DNA of 22,453 nt from a virus (lineage: Duplodnaviria > Heunggongvirae > Uroviricota > Caudoviricetes). The notes under the pieces were generated by a model. It made no database searches. It had not been told where the DNA came from and saw only the letters and a program-made list of their open reading frames with translations. The stretch covers positions 1-22,453 of the IMG/VR virus record IMGVR_UViG_2718217868_000005; one strand, given 5' to 3'. Positions 9,854 to 19,113 of the stretch are shown here, in pieces (the first letter of the stretch is position 1; each line of letters begins with the position of its first letter). Made by a program: the position numbers and the translations under genes.

Positions 9854-10902
9854 TGGGAAAGAGTAAGAAAAACCGCGCTGCGGCGACGAACCAGATCCAG
9901 CATAAAAACCAAACTTCAGCCGAAGCATTCAGCTTCGGTGATCCCGTTCCTGTTCTGGACCGCCGCGAACTGCTGGACTATGTGGAATGCGTACAGACAG
10001 ATCGCTGGTATGAGCCACCAGTAAGCTTTGACGGACTGGCGCGCACCTTCCGCGCTGCCGTGCATCACAGTTCACCAATTGCGGTGAAATGCAACATTCT
10101 GACCAGTACCTACATCCCTCACCCGCTGCTCAGCCAGCAGGCTTTTTCACGTTTTGTGCAGGACTATCTGGTATTTGGTAACGCCTACCTGGAGAAACGC
10201 ACGAACCGCTTCGGTGAAGTTATCGCCTTTGATCCTGCTCTGGCAAAATACACCCGACGCGGGTTAGACCTAGATACCTACTGGTTTGTGCAATACGGTA
10301 TGACAACCCAGCCGTATCAGTTCACGAAAGGCAGCATTTTTCATCTGATGGAACCGGATATTAATCAGGAGATCTACGGCCTGCCCGGCTATCTTTCTGC
10401 CATTCCGTCCACCCTGCTCAATGAGTCCGCCACGCTGTTCCGTCGAAAGTATTACATTAACGGCAGTCATGCTGGCTTCATCATGTACATGACCGACGCT
10501 GCGCAGAACCAGGAGGATGTGAACAACCTCCGCAACGCGATGAAAAGCGCCAAAGGTCCAGGCAACTTCCGCAACCTGTTTATGTACTCGCCTAACGGCA
10601 AAAAGGACGGGCTTCAGATCATCCCGTTGTCAGAAGTCGCAGCGAAAGATGAATTTCTGAACATCAAGAACGTGAGTCGTGATGACATGATGGCCGCGCA
10701 TCGTGTTCCGCCACAGATGATGGGGATTATGCCGAATAATGTTGGGGGTTTTGGGGATGTGGAAAAAGCGAGCCGTGTCTTCGTCCGCAATGAACTGATG
10801 CCGCTGCAAAAGCGGCTGCAGGAGCTGAATTACTGGCTAGGTAAAGAGGTGATCCGCTTCGAGCCCTACACGCTGGGAATAGACACAAACAACGATAGCT
10901 AA
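9853..10902 (+). CDS. Q: Portal protein, P2 gpQ family (about 349 aa)
   Basis: ATG at 9853 overlaps the P stop (TGATG); GGAG at 9841-9844. The ORF track's TTG at 9850 is a less likely start. Sequence resembles P2 gpQ from memory. Confidence 0.9.
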   Translation: MGKSKKNRAAATNQIQHKNQTSAEAFSFGDPVPVLDRRELLDYVECVQTDRWYEPPVSFDGLARTFRAAVHHSSPIAVKCNILTSTYIPHPLLSQQAFSRFVQDYLVFGNAYLEKRTNRFGEVIAFDPALAKYTRRGLDLDTYWFVQYGMTTQPYQFTKGSIFHLMEPDINQEIYGLPGYLSAIPSTLLNESATLFRRKYYINGSHAGFIMYMTDAAQNQEDVNNLRNAMKSAKGPGNFRNLFMYSPNGKKDGLQIIPLSEVAAKDEFLNIKNVSRDDMMAAHRVPPQMMGIMPNNVGGFGDVEKASRVFVRNELMPLQKRLQELNYWLGKEVIRFEPYTLGIDTNNDS

Positions 10903-10909
10903 ATTTAAA

Positions 10910-10940
10910 AGCAGCGCCTCTGCTTGTTAAAGGCGCTGCT
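10910..10940. terminator. Bidirectional hairpin between the convergent Q and 223-aa ORF
   Basis: Perfect 9-bp stem AGCAGCGCC / GGCGCTGCT with a 13-nt loop. On the minus strand it is followed by TTTAAATTT. Confidence 0.5.
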
Positions 10941-10953
10941 AAGCCTCAAGAAA

Positions 10954-11625
10954 TTATCGCTCTTCCCCAAGAATTCCGGTCTTAATCAGCTGATTCCAGA
11001 AGTTTTTCATTTTCTGTCCTGTCTGCTGATTAACAAATAGAGATGATCTGGCACCGTGCGGATATCCCATCAACTGCCCGCGCATATCTTCCCAATTTTC
11101 ACAATAAACTGCATGCCGCCAGTTAGGAACCTCGCTTTCAAGCATCAATCCAATTGCTGCTTTTGCTGGAATGGTGCCATCCTCTTCCATATCTTCCGAA
11201 ATAAGCCAATGGCATTTTATTAACAACGGGACGGCGTTGTCATTATAAAGCACAACGTCATCAATCTTCTCAATAGAGAAATGGGCATCCGTGTGCTTTA
11301 GACGTTTTATACCAGCTATAAATTCATCAACCCCATGACCATAAGGACAGGTAAGAATGCCGTTCCTGAAATAGACCGTGTGGTCCAGGTATTTAAAGCT
11401 AGGAGTATTATTGGGAGTCATAGGCGCCCAAATAGCTTTATCTCTTTCCAGCAAAAAAGGATGCCATGCTGGATACCCATCCACTACTGGCCCACATTCT
11501 TCAACAATTTCTTTGAGCTTCGCCCTAACTTTCGAACGCATCTCCTGATTTGAACCTTGTGGAACTAGATATCTGTAAGCATTTTCGAAATTCGATGCTG
11601 CTGCTTCTTCCGCTCTGAAAGCCAT
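10954..11625 (-). CDS. Hypothetical cargo protein (223 aa), function unknown
   Basis: Intact ORF with SD-like GGGGTG about 7 nt upstream of the ATG at 11625. Lower GC than the flanking phage core. Lies between portal Q and the cos-like site, where P2 has essentially no coding sequence. No motif I recognise. Confidence 0.6.
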   Translation of the reverse strand: MAFRAEEAAASNFENAYRYLVPQGSNQEMRSKVRAKLKEIVEECGPVVDGYPAWHPFLLERDKAIWAPMTPNNTPSFKYLDHTVYFRNGILTCPYGHGVDEFIAGIKRLKHTDAHFSIEKIDDVVLYNDNAVPLLIKCHWLISEDMEEDGTIPAKAAIGLMLESEVPNWRHAVYCENWEDMRGQLMGYPHGARSSLFVNQQTGQKMKNFWNQLIKTGILGEER

Positions 11626-11643
11626 AAAACACCCCGCAATATA

Positions 11644-11665
11644 GATACATTACGCACAATGTATC
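11644..11665. promoter_or_regulatory. Perfect palindrome GATACATT-N6-AATGTATC overlapping the putative promoter of the 223-aa ORF
   Basis: 8-bp arms with a 6-bp spacer, 19-40 bp upstream of the ATG. Candidate minus-strand -35 TTGCAA (11680-11685), 17-nt spacer, -10 TACATT (11657-11662). Confidence 0.45.
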
Positions 11666-11845
11666 AATTTCATGCACAAGTTGCAATGTTTGTGTTTTAC
11701 CGCTTAAGCCAATTCCCTCAATAAACAACCTCAACAACTTCCTGTGGGGCGGTTTTTTTGCTGCTGCACCTCACCATTTCAATTTGAAGCCGCTAGCGGG
11801 CCGTAGGCTGTGCCGAGTTTTTGCTATTTCACCTCGTTGCGCGCG

Positions 11846-11864
11846 CTCGTATCCCCGCCACGCC
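11846..11864 (-). other. Candidate cos site (cohesive-end sequence)
   Basis: Minus strand reads GGCGTGGCGGGGATACGAG. The first 13 nt match my recollection of the 19-nt cohesive ends of 186 (GGCGTGGCGGGGAAAGCAT) and P2 (GGCGAGGCGGGGAAAGCAC). Orientation is correct: it reads from cos toward Q. Confidence 0.4.
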
Positions 11865-12060
11865 TGCCCACTTTATGTAGTGGTTTTCATGCACCTGCAT
11901 GATCTACGCAAAAGCCCGCCAGTTCTGGCGGACCTTAGCAAAAACGATCCGCAAACGATCATGCGATCTCATGCGGCATAGTCATGCACTTACGGGGGAA
12001 GTGAAATCCCGTAACCGAATGACCGCTTGAAAAACAAAACTCTCGTTTTTATAAAGCACA

Positions 12061-12086
12061 AAGTCCGCTTCGAGCGAAGCGGACTT
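12061..12086. terminator. Hairpin downstream of the KAP NTPase gene
   Basis: AAGTCCGCTTCG / CGAAGCGGACTT, a perfect 11-12 bp stem, about 63 nt after the stop at 12150, with T/A-rich flanks. Confidence 0.5.
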
Positions 12087-12149
12087 TAATAATTTTACTG
12101 ACCATGTCTAGTACTTCTAATAATATTACCTATGTTAATCAACAAAATG

Positions 12150-14042
12150 TTAATCAGTTCCCTCAGTAAATAATTTGATTGCATTAGTTAGTGCATAGTC
12201 AATAAAAAACTTTACATGAAAAACCTGAAAGGAGTTATTGGCTGCGTTTTGAGTGAAATCTACAGCTATCTCTTTTAGGCTAATCAACCAGTTGTATTCT
12301 TCGGTCAGTCTGGTTCTGGCATCCCTATCAGAATAACGATCCCTCAAGCTAAATGCCAGTTTCCTCATGATGATTGGGTCAAGTTTCCTATAGCTTTCAA
12401 TGAAAACTTCAGGAGAAACCAAGTGTAAAAAAGGCACGTTATGAAGATTTAGCTGCCTATTATTAGAATGACACAATTCAGATACAAACGATAAATTCCC
12501 TCTTTGCAACTCATCGCTGAACTTCAATGCAAACTCCGGAATTGATTCATCAAACCGTTTCTTCTGCGCTATCTTAATATGCTCAATAATGAGTTTGAAT
12601 TCATCGCTATCCCTGTCAAGAAAACCAAAGCCACGCCATGCCATTAACTCATTATAATGTCTTTGCGCATACTCCTGATGTATATCTTCAGGTCCTAATC
12701 CATTGTAATAAATATCTATATGATGTTTTGTCTCATTTATAATGTCATCAACAGCATCTGTGGTTAAACCTTCTTTCGCCAATGCCAGCAAAATACTCGC
12801 GGTCATCAGGAGTTCACCTAAGGAAGTGATCTTACCTGAAAATAGATTATCCTTGGCAATGGCGTACTGTTCATTAAGCATAGTTTCATTAAGTTCTCGA
12901 TAGTTCCACAAATACTCCCATGCTTGGGCATCGGTGCTTCTAAAAAATCGCGTAATATCCAGCTGAGCGAGAAGATCATGCGTTACCTTTCCATCACAGA
13001 TTAGCTCTCTCCAGTACGCACCATCCAGCAACGTCTCGGTTAATACAGGTGATGAATATTTCTCGACGATCATGTCATACTTAGTTTTGGTACGCCCTTT
13101 ATCTAAAAACATACTATAATTTACATTGCCGATTGAATTGAAATCCTCGTAGTTAAGGTTCCCTCCCCGATACTCCATCGAGAAAATTAATAACTGCTGG
13201 AAAAATACTTTCATAAAATCGTCGTTGCTGACATATTTATCTCCCAAAAGGGAAATGATGCGTTGTACATCAAGAAAGAACTGCCTCAAATGTCTTAGAT
13301 TATTATATTTCGCCGACACATAGAGGTGTTCTATGGTCTGCATATCTTCTTTAAATATATTAGCTACGTGTAAACTACTAATTACGCCCAAGAAAACATT
13401 ACAAGCACTATGTAAATCTGACGTTACTTCAAATGTTTTACCTACAAGCTTTTCTTTTGTTCTTATGTATTCACTGCTAGATTTCTCATCATCATTATTT
13501 ATTCGCTTTTCTCTGTTGATTATTTCTTCTTCATTGGCAACCAGGATCGCTTTGTATCCGTTTACTTCTACAAAGTGATTTATATATCCAAATAAGATTG
13601 GTAAATCTATACCAGCTCTCTCGATATCATCAAAGACCAGCACAAAACCATCTGGTTCTCTGCTAAAGTCGCTAAGATTAATGGTGGGGACACTGGCATT
13701 GACATCTACGTCAGGCTTATTATCGCCATTGAAATCGATCTTGAAAGTAGCCTTAAGCGTATTTTTTAGTACATTTGCACCAAAGATAAGGGCTTTGTTT
13801 GATAGAATAGGATGAAGTTGACGATAGAACTCATCTTCAATCTGCTCAATAGAGTTGACGCCATACAAACTCACTTTAAGAAATTTGAACTCTGAATGCT
13901 TTTGCTTATATTCTTCAAGAACTCGTTCAATGAACCAAGTTTTACCTGATCCCCAAGCACCTTTAAGCATAATGGCGTATTGAGGTTCAGTTTTAAGGCT
14001 AAGGTAATATTCTATATAGTCTTTGATGTACGTATTGTGCAT
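12150..14042 (-). CDS. KAP-family P-loop NTPase (about 630 aa), candidate anti-phage defence protein
   Basis: Walker A GAWGSGKT and Walker B-like FVLVFDDIER (the hhhhDD-x-ER form typical of KAP NTPases). Strongly AT-rich. Start placed at the ATG at 14042 (MHNTYIKDY); the track's TTG at 14093 has no SD. Candidate minus-strand -10 TATAAT at 14152-14157. Confidence 0.7.
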   Translation of the reverse strand: MHNTYIKDYIEYYLSLKTEPQYAIMLKGAWGSGKTWFIERVLEEYKQKHSEFKFLKVSLYGVNSIEQIEDEFYRQLHPILSNKALIFGANVLKNTLKATFKIDFNGDNKPDVDVNASVPTINLSDFSREPDGFVLVFDDIERAGIDLPILFGYINHFVEVNGYKAILVANEEEIINREKRINNDDEKSSSEYIRTKEKLVGKTFEVTSDLHSACNVFLGVISSLHVANIFKEDMQTIEHLYVSAKYNNLRHLRQFFLDVQRIISLLGDKYVSNDDFMKVFFQQLLIFSMEYRGGNLNYEDFNSIGNVNYSMFLDKGRTKTKYDMIVEKYSSPVLTETLLDGAYWRELICDGKVTHDLLAQLDITRFFRSTDAQAWEYLWNYRELNETMLNEQYAIAKDNLFSGKITSLGELLMTASILLALAKEGLTTDAVDDIINETKHHIDIYYNGLGPEDIHQEYAQRHYNELMAWRGFGFLDRDSDEFKLIIEHIKIAQKKRFDESIPEFALKFSDELQRGNLSFVSELCHSNNRQLNLHNVPFLHLVSPEVFIESYRKLDPIIMRKLAFSLRDRYSDRDARTRLTEEYNWLISLKEIAVDFTQNAANNSFQVFHVKFFIDYALTNAIKLFTEGTD

Positions 14043-14370
14043 TTTTAGTCCATTTTGATAAAATACATAAACATAGATGGTAAGTAGAGCCAAAGGCCAA
14101 CTATGGAAAATTCAATAGGTAGTGTACATTGTAAGGTTATTATTGGTAAATATTATAGGAATACCCATAATCTTACAAAATTCAGATTATCCGTTGCAAA
14201 TTAGTCTGCCATTCGTTAATTGACGAAAGATAGCAGAAGAAACGTTCGCTTCTGGCACAAAGTGGACGATCATTTATCAAAATGCCCCCCCACCTTACGC
14301 CTTACGCCTTATTTCACTCATTGCCCAAACTAGCCCCCATTCGAATGAATCCTCTTGGGGGCAACGTTTC

Positions 14371-14604
14371 TTAATGCAGCCAGCTGTCGTCTTCCCACAC
14401 TTTCTGCATAATTTTCATCACTTGTTTTCTTTCTTCGTCCAGTTGCAGTCCGGTAAGTTCCACACCGTTAGAGCTACCTTTACGGATACGGATTACCGTT
14501 TTGGGATACAGGGGGCGCAGATTGCGGTAAAGCTCGGATTCAAGGGCGTCCAGGATAGACTGGCTAATCTTCTGCTCTTTATCGATCATTATTTCAATGC
14601 GCAT
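14371..14604 (-). CDS. DinI-family protein (77 aa)
   Basis: MRIEIMIDKEQ...LYRNLRPLYP...KVWEDDSWLH resembles E. coli DinI from memory. SD GAGGTG 5 nt upstream of the ATG at 14604. Second gene of the LexA-box operon. Confidence 0.75.
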   Translation of the reverse strand: MRIEIMIDKEQKISQSILDALESELYRNLRPLYPKTVIRIRKGSSNGVELTGLQLDEERKQVMKIMQKVWEDDSWLH

Positions 14605-14614
14605 AAAAGTCACC

Positions 14615-14803
14615 TCAACTGATGACATCCATTGAGCGGTTGTATTCGTGGGTTCTGATTTTTGCCATGAGTTCATCTGTTAGTTCAGAAACCCACTGCA
14701 AAGCCAGCCCCTTCTCTTCATCACTACACTCACTAGCCGCTACAAGCTTAAGAAAAAAATCAATGCGCTGGAGCTTCAAAGACTCCAAAAAATAGTCCTG
14801 CAT
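14615..14803 (-). CDS. Small SOS-regulated protein (62 aa), possible Tum-like antirepressor
   Basis: ATG at 14803 preceded by AGGAGG with a 4-nt spacer. Its stop overlaps the DinI SD. Lies about 30 bp downstream of the LexA box. The longer 97-aa version would include the LexA box and is rejected. Confidence 0.5.
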   Translation of the reverse strand: MQDYFLESLKLQRIDFFLKLVAASECSDEEKGLALQWVSELTDELMAKIRTHEYNRSMDVIS

Positions 14804-14834
14804 CTTTCCTCCTATGACACCACACGCAATACTG

Positions 14835-14854
14835 TATGTATAACTACTGTTTAT
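14835..14854. promoter_or_regulatory. LexA (SOS) box TACTGTTTATATTTACAGTA
   Basis: Perfect CTGT-N8-ACAG palindrome with an AT-rich spacer, matching the consensus TACTGTATATATATACAGTA. Overlaps the likely promoter of the small ORF/DinI operon. Confidence 0.75.
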
Positions 14855-14956
14855 ATTTACAGTATATAATAATCTTACTGATGTAAAACGTTTTTTTACG
14901 TTCATCATCCTGATATGCCTGGTATTATTAAGAGCACGAATTGTTAACCCGCGTAA

Positions 14957-17371
14957 TTAATACAGGTTCCGCCACTGATCATCTTCCTGCAAACGCTGGT
15001 TCCGATAGAAGATACGCAGGCCTGCTCCTGACGGAATACTGCCTCCGCGAAGGAGTAAATCGACCTCTTTCTCGCTGCCATCAAATCCTCTGGACTTCAG
15101 CTCATACACGAGCTGCAGTCGCTGATGGTCTGTAATTCGCTGTTTGTAGTCTTTACGCCGTTTCGGTTTCACCAGGCGTAACCTTGCTGCCAGTTCCCGG
15201 CGCTCTTTTTTGCTCATACTGTGCAGGTAATCGTGCAACTCCTTGTCATCCATGCTGGTAATGTCCGTTCTGGGGTCCCCATCAGCTGATTTATCTTTCT
15301 CCTGTTGGTTCAAATTTTCAGCAAGGGGACAGTTATTGCCACGAGTCCAAGGGGCGCAAGCGCCCTGGTCGGCTGCCGCCTCCTGAACGTCAACGGCTTT
15401 ACGGACCATTTTCCACTTCACTGCATGAGTGCAGATCTTGCCCTCTGCAATGGGTGACCAGATGCCATAAATACGAATACCGTGATCGCCATAGGCGGTC
15501 GGCTCTTCGTTGATTTCATAAGCGGTTCTGATGAGGTGATATTTACGGGGAACCAGTACGCCGCCCTGCTTCATGATGTAGGTGGCAAAGCAACCAGCAT
15601 CAGCTGCAGCCAGAATGGCATCAAGGCGCGGGTTATCCAGTACCGGCGCACCTGCTTTTTTGTCACCCTGTTGCCTTGCCGCCTGACCAGCCAGCAATCG
15701 CAGTTCACGGTAAGCCTGACGCCCCGGAATGCCAAAGAAGCGGAATTGCTGAACACGATGCAGAGACGCCCAGGCATTAACGTATTCAGCGTTATCACGC
15801 AGAGATTTACCCGTTTCCTTGCTGATCTCGCCAGCCAGACCACGCCCGTCAATGTTCTTACTGATGTATTTCGCGATGTAGCTTGTTGGTGTACCTTTGC
15901 GCGGGTTTATCAGCTCAGACTTAAAGCGTGGTCCTGTGTTATTACCCAGCTCCTCGCGGTCTTCACGAATGGCAAACTTACGCAACAAAGCAGTAATGGC
16001 GCGGCGATCTTTTTTGCGCATAAAACACAACAGGTGCCAGTGAACTGTACCGTCATGATGCGGCTCAGCCACCCGCACGCCATACCAGCGCAATCCGGCT
16101 TTGTACATCGCCTTACGAAATGCAGCAAACATGCCGACCAGATAATCACTGCTTTGTCTTACCGTCGCATTTGTCCAAGTCGGGTTGGGCCTGCCGTTAT
16201 TTAGCGTGGAATGGAAACGTGACGGACAGGTGATGGTGTAGAAAACGGCGCAGTCACCGCGCATTCCCGCGATAAGCTCCAGACCTTTAACACATGCCAT
16301 CATCTCATTGCGGCGATGCGCCGGGTTGCTACTACTGGCATTTACCACGTCCTCCATATCCAGCGTGTCGCCGTCTTCGTTCACCAGTTCATGAGAACGG
16401 AAAAACTCCAGCGACTTACGGCGCTGCTCACGTTTATGCATCACGGCTTCATAGCTGACATAGGGAGATGCTTTTTTGCTGACCAGGCAAACAGCACGCA
16501 ACTGCTCTTCCCGCCATTCGCAACGCATCTTCCATAATTTCCGATACCACCAGTCGGCGCACAACATACGCGCCAGCGAACCCGGAATGAGTTCATAGGG
16601 TACGGGTTTACGGCGGTTTCTTTTCCGGCGGAGTTGCTCAAACGCAGGAGGGATGACATCCAGACGCAGGGTTTCCGCCGCCACCCTTTCCCATGTCTTG
16701 CGGATTTCTTCTGGCTTAACGTCATCGGTGGCATACAAATCACCACAAGCTGCATCAAGGCACATGCTCATATGCGCGGCAACAAGGGTAGACAGGCGCT
16801 TCACCTGATCCTGACTCATTTCAGGCAAGATCAGCAGGCCGTCCAGCCCTTCATGGCTTGCCATAAAACGAAAAGATGCAGATAGCTGGCTGTCGCGTAC
16901 ATGCTCCAGTCGTTCCAGACATGGTTTAATCGTCTCACGCAAATAGCGGGAATAAGCCTTTGGCCTGCCCAGGCTGCTGAAGTATTCAATACGTTGCATC
17001 AGCGGCTTGCTGATATGGGAAGGCTGGGCGTTAACGTCCGCCAGTATGACCATGTCCGGATTAAAACGCTGCTGCTCATGCACCAGCTTTGCCCGGCTAA
17101 TGAGCTTATCCTGCTCCATTTCGCGCTGGACAGGATCACGGGATTCATTAAAGAAATAATGCTCCCAGACCTGATCACTCAGTGCCTCGCGGCGCAGTTG
17201 TTCCTGCTTGTTATCGGCAGCGTACAGAGTGATCAGGTTTGAAAGCGCAGAAACCGGCGCAACTTCCGCCGGGTCCAGATAAGGGTTAATCGCCTTTTTC
17301 GGGCTGTTCCATGAGAATGCTGCGGCGGCCTCGTTAAAGCCGCTGCAGTTGTTCATATCAGCATGGCTCAT
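14957..17371 (-). CDS. A: Replication initiation endonuclease, P2 gpA family (804 aa)
   Basis: Size, position and motifs ([30 protein letters not shown]) match P2 gpA from memory. SD ACGGAG upstream. Start overlaps the dam stop (ATGA). Confidence 0.9.
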   Translation of the reverse strand: MSHADMNNCSGFNEAAAAFSWNSPKKAINPYLDPAEVAPVSALSNLITLYAADNKQEQLRREALSDQVWEHYFFNESRDPVQREMEQDKLISRAKLVHEQQRFNPDMVILADVNAQPSHISKPLMQRIEYFSSLGRPKAYSRYLRETIKPCLERLEHVRDSQLSASFRFMASHEGLDGLLILPEMSQDQVKRLSTLVAAHMSMCLDAACGDLYATDDVKPEEIRKTWERVAAETLRLDVIPPAFEQLRRKRNRRKPVPYELIPGSLARMLCADWWYRKLWKMRCEWREEQLRAVCLVSKKASPYVSYEAVMHKREQRRKSLEFFRSHELVNEDGDTLDMEDVVNASSSNPAHRRNEMMACVKGLELIAGMRGDCAVFYTITCPSRFHSTLNNGRPNPTWTNATVRQSSDYLVGMFAAFRKAMYKAGLRWYGVRVAEPHHDGTVHWHLLCFMRKKDRRAITALLRKFAIREDREELGNNTGPRFKSELINPRKGTPTSYIAKYISKNIDGRGLAGEISKETGKSLRDNAEYVNAWASLHRVQQFRFFGIPGRQAYRELRLLAGQAARQQGDKKAGAPVLDNPRLDAILAAADAGCFATYIMKQGGVLVPRKYHLIRTAYEINEEPTAYGDHGIRIYGIWSPIAEGKICTHAVKWKMVRKAVDVQEAAADQGACAPWTRGNNCPLAENLNQQEKDKSADGDPRTDITSMDDKELHDYLHSMSKKERRELAARLRLVKPKRRKDYKQRITDHQRLQLVYELKSRGFDGSEKEVDLLLRGGSIPSGAGLRIFYRNQRLQEDDQWRNLY

Positions 17372-18225
17372 GCACGCACTCCGTACACGGCAGAACTATC
17401 CACGCCACGCGAAGGATCAAATCCCACCCAGCAGCGCGCCCCAGAAACAGCGATGATTTCTGTTGCAGATTTACTCTCACCAGCTGCTACGCCGATGCTG
17501 CGTTTTGCCTTGATGTAGTGGTGAGTAAAATTGCGATACAGCGAACGGATCAGGGATGTGTCACTGTTAGAAACAATGACCGGATGTCCTTCTGATGACC
17601 GATGTTCAAGAACGGATGCCAGGTGATACTGGTCATCTTCAGTGAAACCATCAGTGTGATAGCTGGAAAACGTACCGTCATACGGCGGATCGCAATACAC
17701 CACATCCCCCGCCTTCAACATCGCCAGCGTTTCATCAAAGCTGGCGCAGATAAACGTTGCTCGTTGGGCTTTCTCTGCAAATGCGCGAATTTCTTTTTCA
17801 GGGAAATACGGATTTTTATAATTACCGTAGGGAATGTTGAAATGCCCGCTCTTGTTATAGCGACATAACCCACGGTAACCGTGACGATTGAGATACAGGA
17901 AATATACCGCTTTCATGAAATCAGTAATTTCAGTTGAGTAATTAAACTCCTGCCTTATGTTGTAATAAGCCACCTCCCTGTTTGCTTCCTTAAATAAAAC
18001 TCTGGCGCGAGATATAAACGATTCACAATCAGCGGCAACCTTTTTATAGAGGTTGATTAAATCAGGATTAATATCCGCAACCAGATAGCTGGGATAACCC
18101 GTCTCCATCATCACAGCACAGGAACCCGCGAAAGGTTCAACCAGTCGCGGGCCAGCTGGAAGATGTTTTTTCAGTTCGGACATTACGGCGGTTTTATTTC
18201 CCGCCCATTTCAGGATGGTGCTCAT
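17368..18225 (-). CDS. DNA adenine methyltransferase (Dam-like), about 285 aa
   Basis: N-terminal ILKWAGNK and catalytic DPPY motifs. Start at the internal ATG ([11 protein letters not shown]), which overlaps the upstream traR-like stop (ATGA). Confidence 0.85.
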   Translation of the reverse strand: MSTILKWAGNKTAVMSELKKHLPAGPRLVEPFAGSCAVMMETGYPSYLVADINPDLINLYKKVAADCESFISRARVLFKEANREVAYYNIRQEFNYSTEITDFMKAVYFLYLNRHGYRGLCRYNKSGHFNIPYGNYKNPYFPEKEIRAFAEKAQRATFICASFDETLAMLKAGDVVYCDPPYDGTFSSYHTDGFTEDDQYHLASVLEHRSSEGHPVIVSNSDTSLIRSLYRNFTHHYIKAKRSIGVAAGESKSATEIIAVSGARCWVGFDPSRGVDSSAVYGVRA

Positions 18226-18449
18226 ACAGCACCTCCGTTGTAATGTTTGCCTTTCAGCTCTGCGATTTCCTGACAGGTAATGCAAAGCTGCACACCTGGA
18301 ATGGCGCGGCGGCGTGCTGGCGGAATTGGCGCTTCACACTCAATGCAAAGCACGCGGGACACGCCCGGCGTTTTGGCACGGGCAGCACGGATATGGCGCT
18401 GGCGTTCTTCTTCAACGCGCTGCTGTACGAGATCCATTGCATCAGCCAT
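18222..18449 (-). CDS. TraR/DksA-family C4 zinc-finger protein (75 aa)
   Basis: CIECEAPIPPARRRAIPGVQLCITC is a CxxC-N17-CxxC zinc finger typical of phage TraR/DksA-like proteins. Translationally coupled to the neighbours on both sides. Confidence 0.75.
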   Translation of the reverse strand: MADAMDLVQQRVEEERQRHIRAARAKTPGVSRVLCIECEAPIPPARRRAIPGVQLCITCQEIAELKGKHYNGGAV

Positions 18450-18688
18450 TAGTGGATCTCCTGCGCTTCGTTCTGGATTGCTTCAGCAGTTACACGCAGT
18501 AGTTCTGCTGCTTCGACGTGGTTTAGCTGGCGGGATGTGATATGACACGCCAGGCTATCAAGGCGAGCTGCCATTGCTTCAGCCCTTGCCCGGCGTTCTT
18601 CCAGACGAGCCTCTGTCAGTAATATATTAAGCCCTGCATCATCCGGTCCGGTTTTAGTCTTGAGGGTTTCAATATTACGCATAATCAA
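18449..18688 (-). CDS. Hypothetical phage early-region protein (79 aa)
   Basis: Intact ORF in the early operon. Its stop overlaps the traR-like start (TAATG). Confidence 0.55.
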   Translation of the reverse strand: MIMRNIETLKTKTGPDDAGLNILLTEARLEERRARAEAMAARLDSLACHITSRQLNHVEAAELLRVTAEAIQNEAQEIH

Positions 18689-18749
18689 TTCTCCTGAATT
18701 TAGATAAAGGGATATCCGGCGGGTTTACGCCATTAATTTCATTAGTTGG

Positions 18750-19091
18750 TTAATTCGGCATGGTTAGCCGTCTGGGAAATAAGCTCACCACTGCACGAAA
18801 ATGATTCATTGCTTTAATCAACTCCCGCTTTTCGTCAGTGGTCAGCTCATTAATGCTGATGCTATGACGTTCAGCTGGAATTTTTGCCATAAAGAATATG
18901 GCAGCCAGTGCTCGTTTATTCTGTTCGTTATTGATATCCCGTGGATCACGCATATCTTTAATAAACCGCTCAAGCTCTGACTCAATATTCAGGCCAAATA
19001 CTTTCGCCCTTAACTCCGCAATGTGATTAAGTCCATTCAGGCGTTCACCGGGGCTTAATGGAACAGTTGCTGCAGCGCCATTAATTGCCAT
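18750..19091 (-). CDS. Hypothetical phage early-region protein (113 aa)
   Basis: Intact ORF in the early operon. No motif I can name. Confidence 0.55.
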   Translation of the reverse strand: MAINGAAATVPLSPGERLNGLNHIAELRAKVFGLNIESELERFIKDMRDPRDINNEQNKRALAAIFFMAKIPAERHSISINELTTDEKRELIKAMNHFRAVVSLFPRRLTMPN

Positions 19092-19113
19092 ACTTCATAT
19101 CCCCCAAACGCAG

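Noticed and set aside
12150-14093. The 647-aa protein as a P2 Old homologue
   Set aside because: Old is an ABC-type ATPase with a C-terminal TOPRIM nuclease. This protein has a KAP-type Walker A/B and no ABC signature or TOPRIM motifs that I can see.
14293-14311. Tandem heptamer CCTTACG (about 2.7 copies)
   Set aside because: Too short and too few copies to call a meaningful repeat or CRISPR-like array.
14821-14840. Possible second LexA half-site ACTGTATGTATAACTACTGT
   Set aside because: It has CTGT but no ACAG partner at the correct spacing. Only the box at 14835-14854 is a complete palindrome.
14615-14908. Full 97-aa version of the small SOS-regulated ORF
   Set aside because: The LexA box and promoter elements fall inside the extension, and a strong SD precedes the internal ATG at 14803.
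15482-16204. 240-aa plus-strand ORF inside replication gene A
   Set aside because: Antisense shadow ORF. A is confidently assigned.
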